Assembly: GCA_947457845.1 (NCBI GenBank) | Contig: CANGXM010000001.1 | Coordinates: 1 to 56,729 of the forward strand | DNA: 56,729 bases | Source: Rhodospirillales bacterium | Lineage (GTDB): Bacteria > Pseudomonadota > Alphaproteobacteria > Azospirillales > Azospirillaceae | Direction of reading: 5' to 3' | In this document: one piece after another, positions 10,553-20,681 of the stretch | Position numbering within the stretch: the stretch's first letter is position 1 | Layout: the number at the start of each line of letters is the position of its first letter | Translations under genes and position numbers: made by a program | Notes under the pieces: model-generated | Databases searched by the model: none | Seen by the model: the letters and a program-made list of their open reading frames with translations, nothing else | What the model was told of the DNA's origin: nothing

Positions 10553-11146
10553 TCACGGCGCGGCCAAGTTGACGGGCACGTCCGGCAGGCGGCGGTTGAG
10601 CCGTTCGAGGACGGTCTGGGTCACGTCGAGGGTCCGGTCGAAGATGAGGACCTGATGCTTGGCGAGGACGATGTTCGCGCCCCGCTCCAGCGCCACCTCG
10701 GCGACGATCTGCATCACATTGGTCTGGACGACGCGCATCGCGTCGCTCAACGCCTGCTCGAGCACCCGGCTGCGTTCCTGCACCTGCCGCTGGCCGTCGA
10801 GCACCTGCTGCTCGAACTCGCGCCGCCGCAGGGCGAAGGCGTCGTTGGGCAATTGCGCGCGCTGGCGAGCGAGTTCCTGTTCGGCGCTGCGCAGGCGGTC
10901 CTCCTGTCCCGCGATCTCCCGCTGGAACATCTCGCGCTGGCGCTCGAGGGCCTGCTGGATCCCGCGTGCGGCGAGGCTGTCCTGCTGCACCCACTGGATG
11001 TCGACGACGATGATCCGCGGCACGGAGGCCTCTGCCGGCGCGCCCGGGAGCGTCTGCGCGGCAAGGCGGGGGGGCAGGCCGGAGGCGAGAACGGCGGCGA
11101 CCAGGAGGGCGGCCGCCGACCGGCCGAGGCGACGGTCCCGCGTCAG
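10553..11146 (-). CDS. skp: OmpH/Skp-family periplasmic chaperone (start uncertain; CTG at 11146 proposed)
   Basis: Gln/Arg/Glu-rich coiled-coil protein immediately downstream of bamA. The ORF-track GTG (11023) gives a protein with no signal peptide. The in-frame upstream sequence encodes TRDRRLGRSAAALLVAAVLASGLPPRLAAQT. Confidence 0.7.
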   Translation of the reverse strand: MTRDRRLGRSAAALLVAAVLASGLPPRLAAQTLPGAPAEASVPRIIVVDIQWVQQDSLAARGIQQALERQREMFQREIAGQEDRLRSAEQELARQRAQLPNDAFALRRREFEQQVLDGQRQVQERSRVLEQALSDAMRVVQTNVMQIVAEVALERGANIVLAKHQVLIFDRTLDVTQTVLERLNRRLPDVPVNLAAP

Positions 11147-13482
11147 AACCGCGCTCCGAGGCTGAAGCGGAAGAACTCCGTCCGGTCGAAGTCCTCCTTC
11201 TTCACCGCCCGGGCGAAGTCCACGCGGATCGGGCCCAGCGGCGACCGCCAGCTGACGCCGACGCCGACCGACGCCCGGATCGTGCCGGTGTCCTGGAACG
11301 TCTCGCCGCGCCGCGGCTTGGCGTCCACCTCGCGCAGCGTGCCGAAGTCGGTGAAGGCGCTGCCCCGGATGCCGAGTTCGGTCGGCAGGCCGAGCGGGAA
11401 GGAGAGTTCCACCGTCCCGCGGTAGAGTTCGGTGCCGCCGAGGGCGTCGTTGATGCCGTTGGTCACGTCGCGGGGACCGACACCGGCGCGCCGGAAGCCG
11501 CGCAGGTCCTCGCCGCCCAGGAAGAAGCGGTCGGCGATCGACACGGGCTCTCCGAGGCCTTCCATCCGCCCATACTCGCCGCCGATGCGGACGACCCAGC
11601 TGTCGGTCAACGGGAAGTAGTAGTCGCCGGCGATCGTGCCACGCAGGAACTTGGCGTCGCCGCCGAGCCCGGCGATGTCGGTCGTCAGGCGGACGACGTA
11701 GCCCGAGGTCGGATCACGGGGATCGTCGCGCCGGTCGTAGGTCAGCTGCTGGCCGACGAGCGAGGTGACGCGGGCGCCCTCCTGCTCCCGCACGATGCGC
11801 GAGGCGGTGCGGGCGATGTCGGAGATCTCGGTCTGCTTCAGCTGATAGTAGACCCGCTGGCGCAGGAATTCGGACAGCGGATAGCCGACGCGCAGGTTGG
11901 TGCCGAGTTCCTCGATCTCGTACGAGTCGTCCGAGTACGACCGCGTCGTGTAGAAGAGATCGACGCCCGCGCTCAGGTCGCGCTCGAGGAAATAGGGATC
12001 GGTGTAGCTGAACACCGCGCGGGTGCCCGAGCCGAGGAGCGTGAAGCCGATGCGGCCCTGCTTGCCGGTACCCAGCAGGTTCCGCTCGCTCAGGCTGATG
12101 TCGCCGAGAGGGCCGTCGGTGGTCGAGAAGCCGACGCCGAACGAGATCTCGCCCGTCGCGCGTTCCGCGACCTCCACGTCGATCTGGGTCTGATCGGGAC
12201 CGGACCCCTGGCTGCGGCGGACGTCGACGCGCTCGAAGAAATCGAGGTTGCGGATCCGCTGCTCGGAGCGGCGGAGGCGGGAGATGCTGAACGGATCGCC
12301 CTCGACCAACTGCATCTCACGCCGGATGACCCGGTCGACGGTCCGCTGGTTGCCGACGATGTTGATGCGCTCGACGAAGACGCGCGGCCCCTCTGCCACG
12401 TCGAAGACGATGTCGTAGGTCAGCGTCTGAGGGTTCCGCGTGATCCGCGGCTGCACGTCGACGAACGCGAACTGGCGGTCGGCCATCGCGTTCGTGATGT
12501 TCGTGATGGTCGTCTCGATGGCGTTGGCGTCGTACCAGTCGCCCTCCCCCATCGCGAGCGCGCCGCGGAGTTCCGCCGGATCGAGGTTCGTCAGCGAGGT
12601 GGCGACGTTCAGCTTCCCGAACTTGTAGCGCTCGCCCTCGGAGACGGTGAAGGTGATGAAGAAGCCGCTGCGGTCCGGCGCCAGCTCCGCGACCGCGGAC
12701 ACCACGCGGAACTCCGGATAGCCGCGGCTCAGATAGAAGCGGCGCAGCAGTTCCCGGTCCGCGTTCAGGCGGTCGGGGTCATAGCTGTCGCTGGTCGACA
12801 GGAATCGCCACCACGCCGTCTCGCGCGTCAGGATCACGTCGCGCAGCGAGCCGTCGCCGTAGACCTGATTCCCGACGAAGCTGATCCGGTTGACGCCTGT
12901 GCGATCGCCCTCGTTGATCTCGAACACGAGGTCGACACGGTTCTGGTCGAGCTGGATGACTTTCGGCTCCACCGCCGCGGCGAAGCGACCGTTGCGGCGG
13001 TAGAGGTCGAGGACGCGCTGGACGTCGGACTGGACGCGCGAGCGGGTGAAGACGGTCCGCGCCCGGGTCTGCACCTCGGAGGTCAGCTGTTCCTCGGTGA
13101 GGCGCCGGTTTCCCTCGAAGGCGATGCGGTTGATGATCGGATTTTCGGCGACCGTCACGACGAGGCTGTCGCCGTCGCGCCGGATGGTCACGTCGGCGAA
13201 CAGGTTGGTGTCGAACAGCGCCTTCAGCGATTCGTCGATCCGGCCCGCGTCGAACGGGTCGCCCGGGCCGACCCGCATGTAGGAGCGGACGGTCGAGGCG
13301 TCGATGCGCTGCATCCCCTCGATCCGGATGTCGGCGACCCGGCCGCCGGGTTGCGCCTGGGCGATCTGCGCCGGCCGTGCGTCGGTTCCCGGACCCTGCG
13401 CGAAACCGACCCCACCTGTGGTCACCACCACCGCTGCGACCGTCGCGCACGTGGCCGCGAGACGGCGCTTGCTCCTGCCCAT
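11143..13482 (-). CDS. bamA: Outer membrane protein assembly factor BamA
   Basis: The internal ATG at 13482 gives MGRSKRRLAATCATVAAVVVTTGGVGFAQG (signal peptide). POTRA repeats follow (IRIEGMQRID, IAFEGNRRL, ISFVGNQVY, INIVGNQRT), then a C-terminal beta-barrel ending FRFSLGARF. The N-terminal 345 aa of the ORF-track call overlap rseP and are spurious. Confidence 0.92.
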   Translation of the reverse strand: MGRSKRRLAATCATVAAVVVTTGGVGFAQGPGTDARPAQIAQAQPGGRVADIRIEGMQRIDASTVRSYMRVGPGDPFDAGRIDESLKALFDTNLFADVTIRRDGDSLVVTVAENPIINRIAFEGNRRLTEEQLTSEVQTRARTVFTRSRVQSDVQRVLDLYRRNGRFAAAVEPKVIQLDQNRVDLVFEINEGDRTGVNRISFVGNQVYGDGSLRDVILTRETAWWRFLSTSDSYDPDRLNADRELLRRFYLSRGYPEFRVVSAVAELAPDRSGFFITFTVSEGERYKFGKLNVATSLTNLDPAELRGALAMGEGDWYDANAIETTITNITNAMADRQFAFVDVQPRITRNPQTLTYDIVFDVAEGPRVFVERINIVGNQRTVDRVIRREMQLVEGDPFSISRLRRSEQRIRNLDFFERVDVRRSQGSGPDQTQIDVEVAERATGEISFGVGFSTTDGPLGDISLSERNLLGTGKQGRIGFTLLGSGTRAVFSYTDPYFLERDLSAGVDLFYTTRSYSDDSYEIEELGTNLRVGYPLSEFLRQRVYYQLKQTEISDIARTASRIVREQEGARVTSLVGQQLTYDRRDDPRDPTSGYVVRLTTDIAGLGGDAKFLRGTIAGDYYFPLTDSWVVRIGGEYGRMEGLGEPVSIADRFFLGGEDLRGFRRAGVGPRDVTNGINDALGGTELYRGTVELSFPLGLPTELGIRGSAFTDFGTLREVDAKPRRGETFQDTGTIRASVGVGVSWRSPLGPIRVDFARAVKKEDFDRTEFFRFSLGARF

Positions 13483-13514
13483 GGACGGCACCTGGACCTC
13501 TCTCACCGCCTGCC

Positions 13515-14621
13515 CTACCACCTGCCGTGAACGAGGTCGTTCCAGGTGGCGAACACGAGCAGGGTTAGTACCAGAGCGAGACCGATGCGCAAGCCGTATT
13601 CTTGCGCGCGCTCGCCCAGCGGACGGCCCCGCACCGCCTCGATCGCGTAGAACATGAGGTGCCCGCCGTCGAGCAGGGGGATCGGGAAGAGGTTGATCAG
13701 CCCGAGGTTGATCGACAGCACCGCGAGGAACCAGACGAAGGCGACGACGCCCAGCTGCGCCACCTGTCCGGACATCTGCGCGATGCGGATCGGGCCGCCG
13801 ATCTCCTCCGTTCCCCGCGTCCCCATGATCATCTGGCCGATGGCGCCGAGGGTGCCGACGGAGAGGTTCCACGTCTCGCGCACCGCCTGGACCGTCGCGT
13901 CCACGGGGCCGAGTTCCCGATACTCGGCGCCGCCGCCGGTGACGCCCAGCTGACCCACCCGGTGGACGTTGCCGAACCGGTCGGTGTCCTCCCGCAGCCG
14001 CAGCGTCGCCTGGAGCGTCACCGTGCGCCCGTCGCGCAGGACGTCGAGTTCGACCGTCTGCCCGGGCTTGGCACGCACCTGCGCCTGCAGGTCCTCGAAC
14101 CGGTCGACGCGCCAGCCGTCGATCGCCGTCACCACGTCGCCCGAGACGAGGCCGGCCACCGCCGCCGGGCCGCCGGGCACGACCGAGCCGATCTGCGGCG
14201 GCGTGAAGGGCTGGCCGCGGGCGACGAACAGGAAGATGAAGGCGACGATGGCAAACAGGAAGTTGGCCGCCGGCCCCGCCAGGATGATGGCGGCCCGCTG
14301 GCCCAAGGTCTTGTGGTGGAAGGAGACCGCGCGCTCGGCTGCCGACATGGTGTCGAGGCCGTCGCCGGGGGTCGAGGCGGCGTTCGCGTCGCCGTACATC
14401 TTCACATAGCCGCCGAGCGGTACGATCGCCACCCGCCAGCGCGTTCCCTGACGGTCGTTCCAGCCGAAGATCTCCGGCCCGAACCCGATCGAGAAGACGT
14501 CGACCTTCACCCCGCACCAGCGGGCGACGAGGTAGTGCCCCAGCTCGTGGACGAAGACCAGAACGCCCAGCGCGATCACGAAGGGCAGCGGGTAGGTCAC
14601 GAGGAAATTGACGATGTCCAT
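13515..14621 (-). CDS. rseP: RIP zinc metalloprotease RseP (site-2 protease)
   Basis: 368 aa with the HELGHYLVAR zinc motif, a PDZ region and an NLFPIPLLDGGH motif. Confidence 0.9.
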   Translation of the reverse strand: MDIVNFLVTYPLPFVIALGVLVFVHELGHYLVARWCGVKVDVFSIGFGPEIFGWNDRQGTRWRVAIVPLGGYVKMYGDANAASTPGDGLDTMSAAERAVSFHHKTLGQRAAIILAGPAANFLFAIVAFIFLFVARGQPFTPPQIGSVVPGGPAAVAGLVSGDVVTAIDGWRVDRFEDLQAQVRAKPGQTVELDVLRDGRTVTLQATLRLREDTDRFGNVHRVGQLGVTGGGAEYRELGPVDATVQAVRETWNLSVGTLGAIGQMIMGTRGTEEIGGPIRIAQMSGQVAQLGVVAFVWFLAVLSINLGLINLFPIPLLDGGHLMFYAIEAVRGRPLGERAQEYGLRIGLALVLTLLVFATWNDLVHGRW

Positions 14622-14688
14622 GGAACCCCGTCGGAAGAATGCGGACTGGCCCAGCAGATGGGGGCGCGGGCCGGATGCGTCGATGGCG

Positions 14689-15846
14689 TCAGAGCAGCGA
14701 TGCGGCGACGCGGCGCGCCTCGGCGTCGGCGGCCATGATCCCGTCGAGGTCCGTCGAACGCAAGGCGCCGATCCGCTCCATCGTGCCGGCCACGACGCGC
14801 TCGATGTCGAGGAAGCCGGTCCGACCCTCGAGGAACGCCGCCACGGCGACCTCGTTGGCTGCGTTCATCACCGCCGGAACCGCACCGCCGGCGCGGATCG
14901 CCTCGCGCGCCATCCGCAGGGCGGGAAAGCGCTCCGGGTCGGGCCGCTCGAACGTCAGGGACGCGATCGTCGCCAGATCGAGGCGCGCGGCCGGCGTCTC
15001 CATCCGGTCAGGCCAGGCGAGGGTATGGGCGATCGGGATCCGCATGTCCGGCGAGCCCATCTGCGCCAGGACCGAGCCGTCGACGTATTCGACGAGGCTG
15101 TGGACGACCGACTGCGGATGGATCAGCACGTCCACCCGGTCCTCCGGCATGGCGTAGAGGTGGCAGGCCTCGATCACCTCGAGGCCCTTGTTCATCATCG
15201 TGGCGCTGTCGACCGAGATCTTTGCGCCCATCGACCAGACCGGGTGCGCGACCGCCTCCGCCGGCGAGACGGTCGCCATCCGCGCGCGCGTCGCCGTGCG
15301 GAACGGACCGCCCGACGCGGTCAGGATCAGGCGGCGGACGGTGCCGGGCCGCGCGGCGTCGAAGACCTGGAAGATGGCGTTGTGCTCGCTGTCGACCGGC
15401 AGCAGCCGGGCGCCCGACCGCGCCACCTCCGCCATCACGATCTCGCCCGCGCAGACCAGCACCTCCTTGTTCGCGAAGGCGACGACGGCACCGCGGCGCA
15501 CCGCGGCCAGGGTCGCCGGAAGGCCAGCGGCGCCGACGATGCCGGCCATGACCCAGTCGGCGGACCGGCGGGCCGCCTCGACGACCGCCTCCGGACCGGC
15601 GGCCGCCTCGATCCCGCTGCCGGACAGCGCAGCCTTCAGCGCGCCGTAGGCGTCCGGATCCGCGACGACGGCGAGGGCCGCGCGGTGCAGGCGCGCGAGC
15701 GCCGCGAGGCGATCGGCGTTCCGGTGGGCCGTCAACGCCGTCACCGCGAAGCGCCCGGGATCACGCCCGATCAGGTCGAGGGTCTGGGTCCCGACGGATC
15801 CGGTCGCGCCGAGCACGGTCACGCTGCGCGGCACGGTCACGGCCAT
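14689..15846 (-). CDS. dxr: 1-deoxy-D-xylulose 5-phosphate reductoisomerase
   Basis: The internal ATG at 15846 gives [29 protein letters not shown]-like (FANKEVLV), DSEHNAIFQ and NKGLEVIEA motifs are present. Confidence 0.9.
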   Translation of the reverse strand: MAVTVPRSVTVLGATGSVGTQTLDLIGRDPGRFAVTALTAHRNADRLAALARLHRAALAVVADPDAYGALKAALSGSGIEAAAGPEAVVEAARRSADWVMAGIVGAAGLPATLAAVRRGAVVAFANKEVLVCAGEIVMAEVARSGARLLPVDSEHNAIFQVFDAARPGTVRRLILTASGGPFRTATRARMATVSPAEAVAHPVWSMGAKISVDSATMMNKGLEVIEACHLYAMPEDRVDVLIHPQSVVHSLVEYVDGSVLAQMGSPDMRIPIAHTLAWPDRMETPAARLDLATIASLTFERPDPERFPALRMAREAIRAGGAVPAVMNAANEVAVAAFLEGRTGFLDIERVVAGTMERIGALRSTDLDGIMAADAEARRVAASLL

Positions 15847-16634
15847 GGCAGCGTCCCGCCGGACAGGAGATGGAGGATCATGAGCAAGGGGGCGGCGGCC
15901 AGCATGGCGTCGATGCGGTCCAGAAGCCCCCCGTGGCCCGGGATGAGGGAGCCGCTGTCCTTGATGTGCGACCGTCGCTTCATCGCGCTCTCGAACAGGT
16001 CGCCCGCCTGCCCCACCACGGCGAGCCCGGCGGCGAGGGCGAAGGGCACGACCGGATCGGCGCCGAAGGCCATGGCGGTGCCGGCGCCGAAGACGCCGGC
16101 CGTCACCATACCGCCGAGGAGCCCGGCCCAGGTCTTCTTGGGGCTCACGCGCGGCCAGAGCTTCGGCCCGCCGATCGACCGGCCCGCCGCATAGGCGCCG
16201 ACGTCCGCCGCCCAGACGGCGAGGACGACGTAGAGGGCGAGCCCCAGGCCCGTCTCCGGCTGGGCGCGCAGCCACAGGACGGCGCCCGTCCCGACCGCGA
16301 TGTAGGGCACGCCGAAGCCGGCCCACGCCGCCCCGCCGATGCCGCGAAGCACGGTGAACACGGTGATGCCGATGCCGGCCAGGACGGCGAGCGTGAAGCC
16401 CGACTCGGGATGCTCCGCCATGACCAGCGACGCCGCGACGGAGAAACCGACGATCAGCGCCATGAGCAGGGGTTCGGCCCGGTGGCCGAGCGTCATCCGC
16501 CCCCACTCGCGCGCGCCCATCGCGGCTACCGCCGCGACGAGGAGCGTGAACGCCCAGCCGCCCCAGGCGAGGATCGCGAGAACCAGGGGTCCGAGGGCCA
16601 GGGCCGACAGGAAGCGGATACGGAGGTCGCTCAC
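15837..16634 (-). CDS. cdsA: Phosphatidate cytidylyltransferase
   Basis: Polytopic membrane protein with the C-terminal CDS signature ([29 protein letters not shown]). The GTG at 16634 was chosen to avoid overlap with uppS. The 3' end overlaps the dxr start by 10 nt. Confidence 0.85.
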   Translation of the reverse strand: MSDLRIRFLSALALGPLVLAILAWGGWAFTLLVAAVAAMGAREWGRMTLGHRAEPLLMALIVGFSVAASLVMAEHPESGFTLAVLAGIGITVFTVLRGIGGAAWAGFGVPYIAVGTGAVLWLRAQPETGLGLALYVVLAVWAADVGAYAAGRSIGGPKLWPRVSPKKTWAGLLGGMVTAGVFGAGTAMAFGADPVVPFALAAGLAVVGQAGDLFESAMKRRSHIKDSGSLIPGHGGLLDRIDAMLAAAPLLMILHLLSGGTLPWP

Positions 16635-16653
16635 CGGGCCCGGCTTCGGCAGG

Positions 16654-17388
16654 TCAACGCGTGCCCACCGAGGCGCCGAAGCGTCGCTCGCGCCGGTGGT
16701 ATTCCGTGATTGCATCTTCAAGATCGCGTCTGCCGAAATCCGGCCATAGCGTATCCACGAAAACGAGTTCCGCGTAGGCAATTTGCCAGAGCAGGAAGTT
16801 GCTGATCCGCTTCTCCCCGCTCGTGCGGACCAAGAGGTCGGGGTCGGGCAGGCCGGCGGTGAACAGGGTCGCCGCGAAACGGTCCTCGTCGACCGCCGCG
16901 GGGTCGAGGCGCCCTGCGGCGGCCTCCTCGGCGAGGCGACGGGCGGCGGCGGCGATCTCCGCCCGACCGCCGTAGCTGAGCGCGATGACGAGGTCCATCG
17001 CGGTGTTCGCGCGGGTGACCTCCTCGGCGTGGCCGACGAGCTGCACGATGTCGTCCGACAGGCGGGACCGGTCGCCGATCACCCGCAGGCGCGTGTTGTT
17101 GCGGTGGAGTTCAGCGATCTCGCTGCGCAGGTAGAGCCGCAGCAGCTGCATCAGGTCGGCGATCTCGTCGGGCGGCCGACGCCAGTTCTCCGACGAGAAG
17201 CTGAACAGCGTCAGGCACTTCACGCCGATGTCGCGTGCCGCTTCGCAGGTCCGCCGTACCGCCTCGACGCCGCGACGGTGACCCATCGTGCGCGGGAGGC
17301 CACGGGCCTTCGCCCAACGGCCGTTGCCGTCCATGATGATGGCGACGTGCCGCGGCGGCGGCGGCACGAACGCCGACGGCGCGTCCAT
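16654..17388 (-). CDS. uppS: Undecaprenyl diphosphate synthase (cis-isoprenyl transferase)
   Basis: 244 aa with HVAIIMDGNGRWA, FSSENWRRP and ELVF motifs. Confidence 0.92.
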   Translation of the reverse strand: MDAPSAFVPPPPRHVAIIMDGNGRWAKARGLPRTMGHRRGVEAVRRTCEAARDIGVKCLTLFSFSSENWRRPPDEIADLMQLLRLYLRSEIAELHRNNTRLRVIGDRSRLSDDIVQLVGHAEEVTRANTAMDLVIALSYGGRAEIAAAARRLAEEAAAGRLDPAAVDEDRFAATLFTAGLPDPDLLVRTSGEKRISNFLLWQIAYAELVFVDTLWPDFGRRDLEDAITEYHRRERRFGASVGTR

Positions 17389-17392
17389 CCGT

Positions 17393-17950
17393 TCAGACCT
17401 GCATGATCTCTTTTTCTTTGGTCGCCAGCAGTTCGTCGACCTTCTTGATGTGCTGGTCGGTGGCCTGCTGGATCTTGTCGGCGAGCGTCTTCTGCTCGTC
17501 CTGCGAGATGGTTCCGTCCTTTTCCGCCTTCTTCAGCCCGTCCATCCCGTCGCGACGGACGTTGCGGACGGCGACGCGGGCGTGCTCGGCGTATTTGGCG
17601 GCGACCTTGCCCAGTTCCTTGCGCCGCTCCTGTGTCAGCTCCGGCAGGGGAACGCGGATCGTGCCGCCCTCGGTCTGCGGGTTGAGACCGAGGCCGCTGT
17701 CACGGATGGCCTTCTCGGTCGCCTTGGCGAGGCCGCGGTCCCAGACGGTCACGGTGAGCATGCGCGGCTCGGGCACGCCGATCGTGCCGACCTGGTTGAG
17801 GGGGAGCATGCTGCCGTAGGCGTCGACGGTGATCGGCTCCAGCAGGCTCGCCGACGCGCGGCCGGTCCTGAGGCCGCCGAGTTCCTTCCGCAGCGCCTCG
17901 ATCGCGCCGTCCATCCGGCGCGCGAGGGCATCGATGTCCGTGCCGGCCAC
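17393..17950 (-). CDS. frr: Ribosome recycling factor
   Basis: 185 aa, typical Frr ([20 protein letters not shown]...ISQDE). Confidence 0.93.
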   Translation of the reverse strand: MAGTDIDALARRMDGAIEALRKELGGLRTGRASASLLEPITVDAYGSMLPLNQVGTIGVPEPRMLTVTVWDRGLAKATEKAIRDSGLGLNPQTEGGTIRVPLPELTQERRKELGKVAAKYAEHARVAVRNVRRDGMDGLKKAEKDGTISQDEQKTLADKIQQATDQHIKKVDELLATKEKEIMQV

Positions 17951-17953
17951 GCT

Positions 17954-18700
17954 TCAGACCTCCTCGGTGATCAGGGTGAAACGACCGCGCCCCTCCACCA
18001 CCTCGGCGAAGGCGCCCTCGGTGTGGATGGAGAAGACGGCGATCGGGATCTTGTTCTCGCGCGCGAGGGAGATGGCGGAGGCGTCCATGACCTGCAGGTC
18101 GTTGGACAGAACCTCCAGATAGGCGAGGCGTTCGTAGCGCAGGGCGGCCGGGTTCTTCACGGGGTCCGAATCGTAGACCCCGTCGACCTTGGTGCCCTTC
18201 AGCAGAAGGTCGCAGCCCATCTCGGAAGCCCGGAGCGCGGCGGCCGTGTCGGTGGTGAAGAACGGGTTGCCGGTCCCGGCGGCGAAGATCACCACCCGCC
18301 CCTTCTCCATGTGCCGGACGGCGCGCCGACGGATGTAGGGCTCGCAGACCGACGACATCGGGATGGCGGACTGGACGCGGGTGTGGACGCCGACCGCCTC
18401 GAGCGCCGACTGCATGGCGAGCGAATTCATCACCGTCGCCAGCATACCCATGTAGTCGGCCGTCGCCCGCTCGATGCCGGCGGCGGCCGAGGAGATGCCG
18501 CGGAAGATGTTTCCGCCGCCGATCACGAGGCAGACCTCGGCCCCGGTGTCGCGGACCGAGCGCACATCCCGCGCGACCCGGGCGACGACGTCGGGATCGA
18601 GGCCGTAGCCGCGGTCGCCCATGAGGGCCTCGCCCGAAATCTTCAGCAGGACGCGCCGGTAGCGGGCGCGGGTCGCCGGGGTTTCGGACGGGCCCGTCAT
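17954..18700 (-). CDS. pyrH: UMP kinase
   Basis: 248 aa with [23 protein letters not shown] and [14 protein letters not shown] motifs. Confidence 0.93.
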   Translation of the reverse strand: MTGPSETPATRARYRRVLLKISGEALMGDRGYGLDPDVVARVARDVRSVRDTGAEVCLVIGGGNIFRGISSAAAGIERATADYMGMLATVMNSLAMQSALEAVGVHTRVQSAIPMSSVCEPYIRRRAVRHMEKGRVVIFAAGTGNPFFTTDTAAALRASEMGCDLLLKGTKVDGVYDSDPVKNPAALRYERLAYLEVLSNDLQVMDASAISLARENKIPIAVFSIHTEGAFAEVVEGRGRFTLITEEV

Positions 18701-18722
18701 GACGGTTCTCCTCGTGTCGTCC

Positions 18723-19646
18723 TCAGCGAGTCAGCTGGGCGACCTCGGCGGCGAAGTCGGACTGCTCCTTCTCGATGCCTTCGCCAAGCTGGAACCGGGC
18801 GAAAGCCGTCACCGCGACGGGGGTGCCGAGATCCTTGGCGGCCTTCGCGACGATGGCGCTCACCTTGCTCTCGCCGTCGACGACGTACAACTGCTCCAGC
18901 AGCACCACTTCCTCGTAGTACTTCCGGATACGGCCCTCGACCATCTTCTCGATGATGGTCTCGGGCTTGCCGCTCGCCCGCGCCTGCTCGGAGAGCACGT
19001 CGCGCTCGCGCGCCAGCTTGGCCGGGTCGACGTCGGCGACCGTCAGCGCGTCCGGCCGGGCGGCCGCGACGTGCATGGCGATCTGCTTGCCGAGTTCGAG
19101 CAGCTTGCTCGTGTCGGCCGTGCTCTCGATCGCGACCAGCACGCCGATCTTGCCGAGGTTCGGCGCCAGGGCGGAGTGCATGTAGGACGCGACCACGCCC
19201 GAGCCGACCGACAGGCGGACGGCACGGCGCAGGTTCATGTTCTCGCCGATGGTGGCGATCAGATGCGTCAGCTCCTCGGCGACCGTGCGGCCGGTGCCGG
19301 GGAAAGCAGCCGCCTTGATCGCCTCGACGTCGCCGCCGACGTCGAGCGCGATGCGCCCGATCGCCGCCGCCGCCGCCTGGAACGTTTCGTTCCGGGCGAC
19401 GAAGTCGGTCTCGGCGTTCAGCTCCACGAGCGCGCCCGTCGTGCCGGCCGAAGCGGCGGCCACGAGGCCCTCCGCCGCGACGCGGCTCGACTTCTTCGCC
19501 GCCGCCGCAAGGCCCTTCTTGCGCAGCCAGTCGACAGCGGCCTCCATGTCGGCCGCCGTTTCGGTGAGCGCGCGCTTGCAGTCCATCATGCCGGCGCCGG
19601 TCTTCTCGCGGAGCTCCTTGACGAGCGCGCTGGTGACTTCGGCCAT
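18723..19646 (-). CDS. tsf: Translation elongation factor Ts
   Basis: 307 aa starting [27 protein letters not shown]. Confidence 0.94.
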   Translation of the reverse strand: MAEVTSALVKELREKTGAGMMDCKRALTETAADMEAAVDWLRKKGLAAAAKKSSRVAAEGLVAAASAGTTGALVELNAETDFVARNETFQAAAAAIGRIALDVGGDVEAIKAAAFPGTGRTVAEELTHLIATIGENMNLRRAVRLSVGSGVVASYMHSALAPNLGKIGVLVAIESTADTSKLLELGKQIAMHVAAARPDALTVADVDPAKLARERDVLSEQARASGKPETIIEKMVEGRIRKYYEEVVLLEQLYVVDGESKVSAIVAKAAKDLGTPVAVTAFARFQLGEGIEKEQSDFAAEVAQLTR

Positions 19647-19688
19647 GGGATGACCCCTCAGAGTGATGTCGATCGGGATGCGGGACGG

Positions 19689-20474
19689 TCAGACCGTCGC
19701 GGCGGCGGCGGGGGCGGGCTCGGCCTCGGGAAGCACCTCGGCCGGCGCCTCCTCCTGCGCGCCCACGTCGACGCCGGACGCCTGCAGCTCGGCCTGCAGA
19801 CCGTCGAGGACGGCGGCCGAGATCAGGTCGCAGTAAAGGTCGATGGCGCGCAGCGCGTCGTCGTTGCCCGGGATCGGATAGGCGATGCCGTCCGGATCGG
19901 AATTGCTGTCGACCACCGCGATGACCGGGATGCCGAGCTTGTTGGCCTCCTGGACCGCGATGTCCTCCTTGTTGGTGTCGATGATGAACAGGACGTCCGG
20001 CAGGCCGCCCATGTCCTTGATGCCGCCCAGCGTCAGCTCGAGCTTGTCGCGCTCACGCGTCAGGTCGAGCAGCTCCTTCTTGGTGAGCGCGGTCTGCAGC
20101 TCGTCCACCCGCTCGCTCATCTCCTTGAGGCGGCGGATCGACTGCGACACGGTCTTCCAGTTCGTCAGCATGCCGCCGAGCCAGCGGTGGTTGACGTAGT
20201 ACTGGCCGCAGCGCTGCGCGGCGACGGCGACCTTCTCCTGCGCCTGGCGCTTGGTGCCGACGAACAGCACGCGCCCGCCGCCGGAGACGACGGTGCGGAC
20301 CGCCGTCATCGCCTGGTGGAGCATCGGGACGGTCTGCTCGAGATTGATCACGTGCACGCCGTTGCGCACGCCGAAGATGTAGGGCTTCATCTTCGGGTTC
20401 CACCGACGGGTGTGGTGGCCGAAGTGGACGCCGGCCTCGAGGAGCTGGCGCATCGTGAAGGTTGGCATTGCCAT
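19689..20474 (-). CDS. rpsB: 30S ribosomal protein S2
   Basis: The product starts [20 protein letters not shown] from the ATG at 20474. The ORF-track start at 20513 adds 13 atypical residues. Confidence 0.92.
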   Translation of the reverse strand: MAMPTFTMRQLLEAGVHFGHHTRRWNPKMKPYIFGVRNGVHVINLEQTVPMLHQAMTAVRTVVSGGGRVLFVGTKRQAQEKVAVAAQRCGQYYVNHRWLGGMLTNWKTVSQSIRRLKEMSERVDELQTALTKKELLDLTRERDKLELTLGGIKDMGGLPDVLFIIDTNKEDIAVQEANKLGIPVIAVVDSNSDPDGIAYPIPGNDDALRAIDLYCDLISAAVLDGLQAELQASGVDVGAQEEAPAEVLPEAEPAPAAAATV

Positions 20475-20602
20475 GTGAATCGGTCCTTTTCCGGTTCGAC
20501 CTCCGCGGGACACGCCCGGTCCCCAAGGGGGAACCGGACACCGGAGCGGACCAGGGACGAGCCGACGGTCCGCAAGCCCGCGTGTGGATTTGCGACGGCG
20601 CT

Positions 20603-20631
20603 TTACTAGTCGGTCGGTCCCGATTTGGCAA
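20603..20631 (-). promoter_or_regulatory. Candidate sigma-70 promoter of the rpsB-tsf array
   Basis: The - strand reads TTGCCA-N17-TAGTAA about 130 nt upstream of rpsB, directly after the dnaE stop. Confidence 0.35.
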
Positions 20632-20681
20632 GGTCGATCCGAGGAGGTCGCGGGCGATGTCGAGGAGATGCGCCCGCCCTT

